DNA of 51,238 bases, taken from positions 1 to 51,238 of the forward strand of contig JAUCBJ010002312.1 in NCBI GenBank assembly GCA_032718475.1, in the 5' to 3' direction. The notes beneath the pieces are model-generated. The model had not been told where the DNA came from and searched no databases. It saw only the letters and a program-made list of their open reading frames with translations. Of this stretch, positions 14,417 through 27,800 are shown piece after piece; position 1 is the first letter of the stretch, and every line of letters begins with the position of its first letter. The position numbers and the translations under genes were made by a program. Source of the stretch: Nemertoderma westbladi (lineage: Eukaryota; Animalia; Xenacoelomorpha).

Positions 14417-17400
14417 TTAATGATATTAAGTAAAACTTACCTTACTAGTTAGATTATGTAAAACTTACACTACTAATGATATTAAGTAAAACTTAACTAT
14501 TAATGATATTAAGTAAAACTTACTTTACTAGTGAGATTATGTAAAACTTACACAACTAATGATATTAAGTAAAACTTAACTATTAATGATATTAAGTAAA
14601 ACTTACCTTACTAGTGAGATTATGTAAAACTTACACAACTAATGATATTAAGTAAAACTTAACTATTAATGATATTAAGTAAAACTTAACTATTAATGAT
14701 ATTAAGTAAAACTTAACTATTAATGATATTAAGTAAAACTTACCTTACTAATGATATTAAGTAAAACTTAACTATTAATGATATTAAGTAAAACTTACCT
14801 TACTAGTGAGATTATGTAAAACTTACACTACTAATGATATTAAGTAAAACTTAACTATTAATGATATTAAGTAAAACTTACCTTACTAGTGAGATTATGT
14901 AAAACTTACACTACTAATGATATTAAGTAAAACTTAAACTACTAGTGAGATTATGTAAAACTTACACTACTATTGAGATTATGTAAAACTTACACTACTA
15001 GTGAGATTATGTAAAACTTACACTACTATTGAGATTATGTAAAACTTACACTACTAGTGAGATTAAGTAAAACTTACACTACTAATGATATTAAGTAAAA
15101 CTTACACTACTAGTGAGATTATGTAAAACTTGCACTACTAATGATATTAAGTAAAACTTACACTACTAGTGAGATTATGTAAAACTTACACTACTATTGA
15201 GATTATGTAAAACTTACACTACTAATTATATTAAGTAAAACTTACACTACTAATGATATTAAGTAAAACTTAAACTACTAGTGAGATTATGTAAAACTTA
15301 CACTACTATTGAGATTATGTAAAACTTACACTACTAGTGAGATTATGTAAAACTTACACTACTATTGAGATTATGTAAAACTTACGCGACTAGTGAGATT
15401 AAGTAAAACTTACACTACTAATGATATTAAGTAAAACTTACACTACTAGTGAGATTATGTAAAACTTGCACTACTAATGATATTAAGTAAAACTTACACT
15501 ACTAATGATATTAAGTAAAACTTAAACTACTAGTGAGATTATGTAAAACTTACACTACTAGTGAGATTATGTAAAACTTACACTACTAATTATATTAAGT
15601 AAAACTTACACTACTAATGATATTAAGTAAAACTTAAACTACTAGTGAGATTATGTAAAACTTACACTACTAGTGAGATTATGTAAAACTTGCACTACTA
15701 ATGATATTAAATAAAACTTACCTTACTAGTGAGATTATGTAAAACTTACACTACTATTGAGATTATGTAAAACTTACACTACTAGTGAGATTAAGTAAAA
15801 CTTAAACTACTAGTGAGATTATGTAAAACTTACACTACGAGTGAGATTATGTAAAACTTACACTACTAATTATATTAAGTAAAACTTACACTACTAATGA
15901 TATTAAGTAAAACTTAAACTACTAGTGAGATTATGTAAAACTTGCACTACTAATGATATTAAATAAAACTTACCTTACTAGTGAGATTATGTAAAACTTA
16001 CACTACTATTGAGATTATGTAAAACTTACACTACTAGTGAGATTAAGTAAAACTTACACTACTAATTATATTAAGTAAAACTTACACTACTAATGATATT
16101 AAGTAAAACTTAAACTACTAGTGAGATTATGTAAAACTTACACTACTAGTGAGATTATGTAAAACTTACACTACTAATTATATTAAGTAAAACTTAAACT
16201 ACTAGTGAGATTATGTAAAACTTACACTACTAGTGAGATTATGTAAAACTTACACTACTAATGATATTAAGTACAACTTACACTACTAGTGAGATTATGT
16301 AAAACTTACACTACTAATTATATTAAGTAAAACTTACACTACTAATGATATTAAGTAAAACTTAAACTACTAGTGAGATTATGTAAAACTTACACTACTA
16401 GTGAGATTATGTAAAACTTACACTACTAGTGAGATTATGTAAAACTTGCACTACTAATGATATTAAATAAAACTTACCTTACTAGTGAGATTTTGTAAAA
16501 CTTACACTACTATTGAGATTATGTAAAACTTACACTACTAGTGAGATTAAGTAAAACTTACACTACTAATTATATTAAGTAAAACTTACACTACTAATGA
16601 TATTAAGTAAAACTTAAACTACTAGTGAGATTATGTAAAACTTACACTACTAGTGAGATTATGTAAAACTTACACTACTAATTATATTAAGTAAAACTTA
16701 CACTACTAATGATATTAAGTAAAACTTAAACTACTAGTGAGATTATGTAAAACTTACACTACTAGTGAGATTATGTAAAACTTGCACTACTAATGATATT
16801 AAATAAAACTTACCTTACTAGTGAGATTATGTAAAACTTACACTACTATTGAGATTATGTAAAACTTACACTACTAGTGAGATTAAGTAAAACTTACACT
16901 ACTAATGATATTAAGTAAAACTTACACTACTAGTGAGATTATGTAAAACTTGCACTACTAATGATATTAAGTAAAACTTACACTACTAATGATATTAAGT
17001 AAAACTTAAACTACTAGTGAGATTATGTAAAACTTACACTACTAGTGAGATTATGTAAAACTTGCACTACTAATGATATTAAATAAAACTTACCTTACTA
17101 GTGAGATTATGTAAAACTTACACTACTATTGAGATTATGTAAAACTTACACTACTATTGAGATTATGTAAAACTTACACTACTAGTGAGATTAAGTAAAA
17201 CTTACACTACTAATGATATTAAGTAAAACTTACACTACTAGTGAGATTATGTAAAACTTGCACTACTAATGATATTAAGTAAAACTTACACTACTAGTGA
17301 AATTATGTAAAACTTACACTACTAATTATATTAAGTAAAACTTACACTACTAATGATATTAAGTAAAACTTAAACTACTAGTGAGATTATGTAAAACTTA

Positions 17401-20400
17401 CACTACTAGTGAGATTATGTAAAACTTGCACTACTAATGATATTAAATAAAACTTACCTTACTAGTGAGATTATGTAAAACTTACACTACTATTGAGATT
17501 ATGTAAAACTTACACTACTAGTGAGATTAAGTAAAACTTACACTACTAATGATATTAAGTAAAACTTACACTACTAGTGAGATTATGTAAAACTTGCACT
17601 ACTAATGATATTAAGTAAAACTTACACTACTAATGATATTAAGTAAAACTTAAACTACTAGTGAGATTATGTAAAACTTACACTACTAGTGAGATTATGT
17701 AAAACTTGCACTACTAATGATATTAAATAAAACTTACCTTACTAGTGAGATTATGTAAAACTTACACTACTATTGAGATTATGTAAAACTTACACTACTA
17801 TTGAGATTATGTAAAACTTACACTACTAGTGAGATTAAGTAAAACTTACACTACTAATGATATTAAGTAAAACTTACACTACTAGTGAGATTATGTAAAA
17901 CTTGCACTACTAATGATATTAAGTAAAACTTACACTACTAGTGAAATTATGTAAAACTTACACTACTAATGATATTAAGTAAAACTTACACTACTAATGA
18001 TATTAAGTAAAACTTAAACTACTAGTGAGATTATGTAAAACTTACACTACTAGTGAGATTATGTAAAACTTGCACTACTAATGATATTAAATAAAACTTA
18101 CCTTACTAGTGAGATTATGTAAAACTTACACTACTAGTGAGATTATGTAAAACTTGCACTACTAATAATATTAAATAAAACTTACCTTACTAGTGAGATT
18201 ATGTAAAACTTACACTACTCTACTATTGAGATTATGTAAAACTTACACTACTAGTGAGATTAAGTAAAACTTACACTTCTAATGATATTAAGTAAAACTA
18301 ACACAACTAATGATATTAAGTAAAACTTAACTATTAATGATATTAAGTAAAACTTACCTTACTAGTGAGATTATGTAAAACTTACACTACTATTGAGATT
18401 ATGTAAAACTTACACTACTAGTGAGATTATGTAAAACTTACACTACTAGTGAGATTATGTAAAACTTACACTACTAATGATATTAAATAAAACTTACTCT
18501 ACTAGTGAGATTATGTAAAACTTACACTACTAATGATATTAAGTACAACTTACACTACTAGTGAGATTATGTAAAACTTACACTACTAATGATATTAAAT
18601 AAAACTTAAACTACTAGTGAGATTATGTAAAACTTACTCTACTAGTGAGATTATGTAAAACTTACTCTACTAGTGAGATTATGTAAAACTTACACTACTA
18701 ATGATATTAAGTAAAACTTACACTACTAGTGAGATTATGTAAAACTTGCACTACTAATGATATTAAGTAAAACTTACACTACTAGTGAGATTATGTAAAA
18801 CTTACACTTCTAATGATATTAAGTAAAACTTACACTACCAATGATATTAGTAAAACTTACACTACTAATGATATTAAGTAAAACTTACACTACTAATGAA
18901 TGATATTAAGTAAAACTTACACTACTAATGATATTAAGTAAAACTTACACAACTAATGATATTAAGTAAAACTTACACTACTAATGATATTAAGTAAAAC
19001 TTACACTACTAGTGAGATTATGTAAAACTTACACTTCTAATGATATTAAGTAAAACTTACACTACCAATGATATTAGTAAAACTTACACTACTAATGATA
19101 TTAAGTAAAACTTACACTACTAATGAATGATATTAAGTAAAACTTACACTACTAATGATATTAAGTAAAACTTACACAACTAATGATATTAAGTAAAACT
19201 TACACTACTAATGATATTAAGTAAAACTTACACTACTAATGAATGATATTAAGTACAACTTACACTACTAACGATATTAAGTAAAACTTACACTACTAGT
19301 GAGATTATGTAAAACTTACACTACTAATGATATTAAGTAAAACTTACACTACTAGTGAGATTAAGTAAAACTTACACTTCTAATGATATTAAGTAAAACT
19401 TACACTACCAATGATATTAGTAAAACTTACACTACTAATGATATTAAGTAAAACGTACACTACTAATGAATGATATTAAGTAAAACTTACACTACTAATG
19501 ATATTAAGTAAAACTTACACAACTAATGATATTAAGTAAAACTTACACTACTAATGATATTAAGTAAAACTTACACTACTAATGAATGATATTAAGTAAA
19601 ACTTACACTACTAACGATATTAAGTAAAACTTACACTACTAGTGAGATTATGTAAAACTTACACTACTAATGATATTAAGTAAAACTTACACTACTAGTG
19701 AGATTATGTAAAACTTACACTTCTAATGATATTAAGTAAAACTTACACTACTAGTGAGATTATGTAAAACTTACACTTCTAATGATATTAAGTAAAATTT
19801 ACACTACTAGTGAGATTATGTAAAACTTACACTACTAATTATATTAAGTAAAACTTAACTATTAATGATATTAAGTAAAACTTACCTTACTAGTGAGATT
19901 ATGTAAAACTTACACTACTAGTGAGATTATGTAAAACTTACACTACTAGTGAGATTATGTAAAACTTACACTACTAATGATATTAAGTAAAACTTACACT
20001 ACTAGTGAGATTATGTAAAACTTACACAACTAATGATATTAAGTAAAACTTAACTATTAATGATATTAAGTAAAACTTAACTATTAATGATATTAAGTAA
20101 AACTTACCTTACTAGTGAGATTATGTAAAACTTACACAACTAATGATATTAAGTAAAACTTAACTATTAATGATATTAAGTAAAACTTAACTATTAATGA
20201 TATTAAGTAAAACTTAACTATTAATGATATTAAGTAAAACTTACCTTACTAGTGAGATTATGTAAAACTTACTCTACTAGTGAGATTATGTAAAACTTAC
20301 ACTACTAATGATATTAAGTAAAACTTAACTATTAATGATATTAAGTAAAACTTACCTTACTAATGATATTAAGTAAAACTTAACTATTAATGATATTAAG

Positions 20401-21831
20401 TAAAACTTACCTTACTAGTGAGATTATGTAAAACTTACACTACTAATGATATTAAGTAAAACTTAACTATTAATGATATTAAGTAAAACTTACCTTACTA
20501 GTGAGATTATGTAAAACTTACACAACTAATGATATTAAGTAAAACTTACACTACTATTGAGATTATGTAAAACTTACACTACTAATGATATTATGTAAAA
20601 CTTACACTACTAATGATATTAAGTAAAACTTAAACTACTAGTGAGATTATGTAAAACTTACACTACTATTGAGATTATGTAAAACTTACACTACTAGTGA
20701 GATTATGTAAAACTTACACTACTATTGAGATTATGTAAAACTTACACTACTAGTGAGATTAAGTAAAACTTACACTACTAATGATATTAAGTAAAACTTA
20801 CCTTACTAGTGAGATTATGTAAAACTTACACTTCTAATGATATTAAGTAAAACTTACACTACTATTGAGATTATGTAAAACTTACACTACTAATGATATT
20901 ATGTAAAACTTACACTACTAATGATATTAAGTAAAACTTACACTACTAGTGAGATTATGTAAAACTTACACTACTAATGATATTAAGTAAAACTTACCTT
21001 ACTAGTGAGATTATGTAAAACTTACACTTCTAATGATATTAAGTAAAACTTACACTACTATTGAGATTATGTAAAACTTACACTACTAATGATATTATGT
21101 AAAACTTACACTACTAATGATATTAAGTAAAACTTACACTACTAGTGAGATTATGTAAAACTTACACTTCTAATGATATTAAGTAAAATTTACACTACTA
21201 GTGAGATTATGTAAAACTTACATTACTAATGATATTAAGTAAAACTGACACTACTAATGAATGATATTAAGTAAAACTTACACTACTAATGATATTAAGT
21301 AAAACTTACACTACTAGTGAAATTATGTAAAACTTACACTACTAATGATATTAAGTAAAACTTACACTACTAGTGAGATTATGTAAAACTTACACTACTA
21401 GTGAGATTATGTAAAACTTACATTACTAATGACACTACTAATGATATTAAGTACAACTTACACTACTAATGATATTAAGTAAAACTTACACTACTAATGA
21501 TATTAAGTAAAACTTACACTACTAGTGAGATTATGTAAAACATACACTACTAATGATATTAAGTAAAACTTACACTACTATTAAGTAAAACTTACAATAC
21601 TATTAAGTAAAACGTACACTACTATTAAGTAAAACTTAAACTACTAGTGAGAATATGTAAAACTTACACTACTATTAAGTAAAACTTACACTACTATTAA
21701 GTAAAAATTACATTACTAATGATATTAAGTAAAACTTACTAGTTAATGATATTAGGTAAAACTTACTCTACTAGTGAGATTATGTAAAACTTACACAACT
21801 AATGATATTAAGTAAAACTTAACTATTAATG

Positions 21832-21951
21832 CTGTTAATTATATATATAGTTACAATTGTGCTGTGTAGTTAGTTTCGTATTTGTAGTAGTATGGGTCAT
21901 TAGTGCCCGAACCATAAAAGCTAAATAAATAAAAAAAAAAAAAAAAAAAAA
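21832..21951 (+). mobile_element. Poly(A) retroposon fragment, copy 7 (variant B)
   Basis: Shares the two diagnostic variants with copy 2. Confidence 0.7.
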
Positions 21952-23594
21952 TTAATGATATTAAGTAAAACTTACCTTACTAGTTAGATTATGTAAAACT
22001 TGCACTACTAGTGAGATTAAGTAAAACTTAACTATTAATGATATTAAGTAAAACTTACCTTACTAGTGAGATTATGTAAAACTTACACAACTAATGATAT
22101 TAAGTAAAACTTAACTATTAATGATATTAAGTAAAACTTACCTTACTAGTGAGATTATGTAAAACTTACACTACTAATGATATTAAGTAAAACTTAACTA
22201 TTAATGATATTAAGTAAAACTTACCTTACTAGTGAGATTATGTAAAACTTACACTACTAATGATATTAAGTAAACTTACTCTACTATTGAGATTATGTAA
22301 AACTTACACTACTAATGATATTAAGTAAAACTTACCTTACTAGTGAGATTATGTAAAACTTACACTTCTAATGATATTAAGTAAAACTTACACTACTATT
22401 GAGATTATGTAAAACTTACACTACTAATGATATTATGTAAAACTTACACTACTAATGATATTAAGTAAAACTTACACTACTAGTGAGATTATGTAAAACT
22501 TACACTACTAATGATATTAAGTAAAACTTACCTTACTAGTGAGATTATGTAAAACTTACACTTCTAATGATATTAAGTAAAACTTACACTACTATTGAGA
22601 TTATGTAAAACTTACACTACTAATGATATTATGTAAAACTTACACTACTAATGATATTAAGTAAAACTTACACTACTAGTGAGATTATGTAAAACTTACA
22701 CTTCTAATGATATTAAGTAAAACTTACACTACTAGTGAGATTATGTAAAACTTACATTACTAATGATATTAAGTAAAACTGACACTACTAATGAATGATA
22801 TTAAGTAAAACTTACACTACTAATGATATTAAGTAAAACTTACACTACTAGTGAAATTATGTAAAACTTACACTACTAATGATATTAAGTAAAACTTACA
22901 CTACTAGTGAGATTATGTAAAACTTACATTACTAATGATATTATTAAGTAAAACTGACACTACTAATGAATGATATTAAGTAAAACTTACACTACTAATG
23001 AATGATATTAAGTAAAACTTACACTACTAATGATATTAAGTACAACTTACACTACTAATGATATTAAGTAAAACTTACACTACTAATGATATTAAGTAAA
23101 ACTTACACTACTAGTGAGATTATGTAAAACTTACACTACTAATGATATTAAGTAAAACTTACACTACTAGTGAGATTATGTAAAACTTACACTACTAATG
23201 ATATTAAGTAAAACTTACACTACTAGTGAGATTATGTAAAACTTACACTACTAATGATATTAAGTAAAACTTACACTACTAGTGAGATTATGTAAAACTT
23301 ACACTACTAATGATATTAAGTAAAACTTACACTACTATTAAGTAAAACTTAAACTACTAGTGAGAATATGTAAAACTTACACTACTATTAAGTAAAACTT
23401 AAACTACTAGTGAGAATATGTAAAACTTACACTACTATTAAGTACAACTTACACTACTATTAAGTAAAAATTACATTACTAATGATATTAAGTAAAACTT
23501 ACTAGTTAATGATATTAGGTAAAACTTACTCTACTAGTAAGATTATGTAAAACTTACACAACTAATGATATTAAGTAAAACTTAACTATTAATG

Positions 23595-23709
23595 CTGTTA
23601 ATTATATATATAGTTACATTTGTGCTGTGTAGTTAGTTTCGTATTTGTAGTAGTATGGGTCATTAGTGCCCGAACCATGAAAGCTAAATAAATAAAAAAA
23701 AAAAAAAAA
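23595..23709 (+). mobile_element. Poly(A) retroposon fragment, copy 8
   Basis: Same insert and flanks. Confidence 0.7.
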
Positions 23710-24620
23710 TTAATGATATTAAGTAAAACTTACCTTACTAGTTAGATTATGTAAAACTTACACTACTAATTATATTAAGTAAAACTTAACTATTAATGAT
23801 ATTAAGTAAAACTTACCTTACTAGTGAGATTATGTAAAACTTACACTACTAGTGAGATTATGTAAAACTTACACTACTAGTGAGATTATGTAAAACTTAC
23901 ACTACTAATGATATTAAGTAAAACTTACACTACTAGTGAGATTATGTAAAACTTACACAACTAATGATATTAAGTAAAACTTAACTATTAATGATATTAA
24001 GTAAAACTTAACTATTAATGATATTAAGTAAAACTTACCTTACTAGTGAGATTATGTAAAACTTACACAACTAATGATATTAAGTAAAACTTAACTATTA
24101 ATGATATTAAGTAAAACTTAACTATTAATGATATTAAGTAAAACTTAACTATTAATGATATTAAGTAAAACTTACCTTACTAGTGAGATTATGTAAAACT
24201 TACTCTACTAGTGAGATTATGTAAAACTTACACTACTAATGATATTAAGTAAAACTTAACTATTAATGATATTAAGTAAAACTTACCTTACTAATGATAT
24301 TAAGTAAAACTTAACTATTAATGATATTAAGTAAAACTTACCTTACTAGTGAGATTATGTAAAACTTACACTACTAATGATATTAAGTAAAACTTAACTA
24401 TTAATGATATTAAGTAAAACTTACCTTACTAGTGAGATTATGTAAAACTTACACAACTAATGATATTAAGTAAAACTTACACTACTATTGAGATTATGTA
24501 AAACTTACACTACTAATGATATTATGTAAAACTTACACTACTAATGATATTAAGTAAAACTTACCTTACTAGTGAGATTATGTAAAACTTACACTTCTAA
24601 TGATATTAAGTAAAACTTAC

Positions 24621-24814
24621 ACTACTAGTGAGATTAAGAACAACCAGCTGTTTTCCCCGTATCTGAATCTGTAGTTTATCGTTACCGCCCATGTTTAGGA
24701 GATCATGAATAGTTTCGTTGTAAACTTCCATTAGGGAGGCTTTCAACGTGTACTTCATCTTTTCTCGATCGTTACAAACGCCAAACAACTCCTTAATAGC
24801 GCGAATGTTGACGC
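24621..24814 (-). CDS. Kinesin exon (motor: GVNIRAIKELF...MEVYNETIHDLL...VLNLTSS)
   Basis: ttaaag acceptor, gtaagt donor, 194 bp, phases 1/0. Confidence 0.93.
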
Positions 24815-27800
24815 CTTTAAAGAAAAACAAACCAGAATATAAATTAAAAATAATAGTCTTAATATAATTGGCAGTGGTACGCATAATGTTTATGAAGAGT
24901 GCGCTACGGAACTGTTTATATCCAACCTGGATTGTCGGTCGGGCCCATCATCGTATAGGTTTTTCCGCTTCCTGTCTGCCCGTATGCTATTATACATACG
25001 TTATACCCATCGACTGATGAGGTAATAATTGGCAGGGTGTCGGCGAATACTTCCTCTTGAGTGGCCGATGGTGAGTAGGTTTTATCAAACTGGAACGAAA
25101 TCTTCTTACCCTAAAATAAAATACAATAGTGTAAATTTCTGAATCCAATAATAAACATATAAATATAGTATTAGTAGGTATTATCTGGGTATTGTATTGC
25201 GCATAAGTAGTAGGTTTGAAATAAGTTCAATAAACGACCTTACCTGAGGGTTCGTAGTAACTATATCTTCGTTATTTGGGAATTTCAGACAGTTTTCTGT
25301 TTTATCGGGACGACATCTGTTTAAAAAAAATATATATCGAAATGTGGTAAGATTTTTCTACTTTATAATAATTTGCGACTATATTATTTATCAAGATAAT
25401 TATTGTAGAATAATAACTTAAAATATTTACCGACAGAATACCCGAATATTGCCTCTGATCTCTTGCAACTGGTTGTAGAGTATCGTTCTCTGCAACTTCT
25501 CTTTCCTATAAAGAGCACGAACTTCCTTAACTTCCTCAGCAACCGATTTATCAGCTCGTTTCAGATCATTAATTCGACTTACTAGTTCAACTATCAACGT
25601 CTTTAATCCACCGAGTTCATTAGTCACCTGAGATAAAAAATTAATTAAAAAATGATGTTTATTTTTATTAAATAGAAATATAACAACGCAATGTAGTAAT
25701 AATGCGTTTGCGTTATAGGCACAGTGGTGAATAAACAGATAAGAGTGACAGGACGAATGTATGTACTCCACTTTTCCCAATAATGTTGCGATACTGCAGT
25801 AACACTGGAGTAAACAATGGAGCCTAGAATATTTGCCACCCATTTAAGCTCAATAAAAACTAATGTTTATTATACCGTTGCATCACCAAGACGCTGTCTG
25901 AAGATTGTTACGAATTATAAAATGATTTTATGATTTATTGAGACTCTTCCGATTGTTCTAAAACAGCCAGTCCACAAAAGTGTCGGTTGTTTACAAGCGA
26001 GAATACCTTCCTTAGAATAATCCATAAATGTTACCCATTTGGTCTAGTGGCGGTGACACTCTGAGTTCGAGTCCTGAAAGGAGCAGCACTTTTAGACAGA
26101 GTGATAAAGAATGTTGTAGTCTAACTCCACCCAGGAGCAACTAACAGTAGCCTAACTACCGCGGAACAACACTTTTAGACAGAGTGATTGAGAATGTTGT
26201 AGCCTAATTCCACCGCGGAACAACACTTTTAGACAGATTGATTGAGAATGTTGTAGTCTAACTCCACCCAGGAACATCACTTTTAGACAGAGTGATTGAG
26301 AATGTTGTAGTCTAACTCCACCCAGGAGCAGGCAGCACTTATAGACAGAGTGATTGAGAATGTTACTCCACCCATGAACAGCACTTTTAGACAGAGTGAT
26401 TGAGAATGTTGTAGCCGAACTCCACCAGGAGCAGCACTTTTAGACAGAGTGATTGAGAATGTTGTAGCCTAACTCCACCCAGGAGCAGCACTTTTAGACA
26501 GAGTGATTGAGAATGTTGTAGCCTAACTCCACCCAGGAGCAGCACTTTTAGACAGAGTGATTGAGAATGTTGTAGCCTAACTCCACCTAGGAGCAGCACT
26601 TTTAGACAAAGTGATTGAGAATGTTGTAGTCTAACTCCACCCAGGAGCAGCACTTTTAGACAGAGTGATTGAGAATGTTGTAGCCTAACTCCACCCAGGA
26701 GCAGCACTTTTGGACAGAGTGATTGAGAATGTTGGAGCCTAACTCCACCCAGGAGCAGCACTTTTAGACAGAGTGATTGGGAATGTTGTAGCCTAACTCC
26801 ACCCAGGAGCAGCACTTTTAGACAGAGTGATTGAGAATGTTGTAGCCTAACTCCACCCAGGAACAGCACTTTTAGACAGAGTGATTGAGAATGTTGTAGC
26901 CTAACTCCACCCAGGAACAGCACTTTTAGACAGAGTGATTGAGAATGTTGTAGCCTAACTCCACCCAGGAGCAGCACTTTTAGACAGAGTGATTGAGAAT
27001 GTTGTAGCCTAACTCCACCCAGGTGCAGCACTTTTAGACAGCGTAATTGAGAATGTTGTAGTCTAACTCCACCCAGGAGCAGCACTTTTAGACAGAGTGA
27101 TTGAGAATGTTGTAGCCTAACTCCACCCAGGAACAACACTTTTAGACAGAGTGATTGAGAATGTTGTAGCCTAACTAGACTGGTAGATAGATGATTGACT
27201 GAAATACTATCCTGTTCATGAGTAATCAATAATATTGCGGATTTCACTAAGCTGTACGCAACGAAATTTTTATCAATAATATTGATATTATTATTGATAT
27301 GGACCGAAGTTAGAGGCCGTTGATTGCATCTAAAAACATCTGCTTGAACCTCCGTCTACAGAGGAAAGCTGAGTATAATAAGCATGTAGAGTTGCCATCA
27401 TTGTCGGAATAAATTTTATTATACATATTTATAAAAACGCGATTGACTTCAGATAAACATATAAAATCTTTGTCAATAACAAATCTGTGACACCCTGATA
27501 AATAATTAATAACCGGGAAATTTTTGTCTGTGTTACACTGTAGGAAAAACACAATTAAAATTTTGATAGAATGTCAGTGGTTGTATAAAACACCAACACC
27601 CGTCATATTTCTTAGTGTATATAATTATGTTATTATTCAAATAAGTGTCATCATCATCAACCAAGGTAAACATAAACAGTCTAATATCTGCACCAAAACA
27701 CACCCCTTTAACTAAGTAATACAGTAGGTCTATACTAAAAATATATAGGCCTGATAAGTTTCACTGGTGTATCAGATAAATACAGTACTACCTAAATGGT

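Larger units (their letters stand above)
1..24638. repeat. 28-bp AT-rich satellite array (>=24.6 kb, runs off the left edge) filling a kinesin intron; unit derived from the exon/5' splice-site junction
   Basis: Main units ACTACTAGTGAGATTATGTAAAACTTAC and ACTACTAATGATATTAAGTAAAACTTAC (28 bp) with recurring variants; roughly 800 copies by length. Similarity continues into the last codons of exon 24621-24814. Confidence 0.97.

Noticed and set aside
1-24638. CRISPR array or telomeric repeat
   Set aside because: Units are contiguous with no unique spacers, the inserts are near-identical copies, no cas genes are present, the context is a eukaryotic intron, and the unit is not a G-rich telomere motif.
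25876-26073. Two possible kinesin micro-exons (25876-25897 and ~26035-26073)
   Set aside because: They have AG/GT borders, but exon 31482-31612 joins exon 25431-25627 directly in phase 0 as a continuous coiled coil, and the pair is not phase-compatible with the upstream exon.
26387-27247. 286-aa ORF
   Set aside because: Translation of the 54-bp minisatellite
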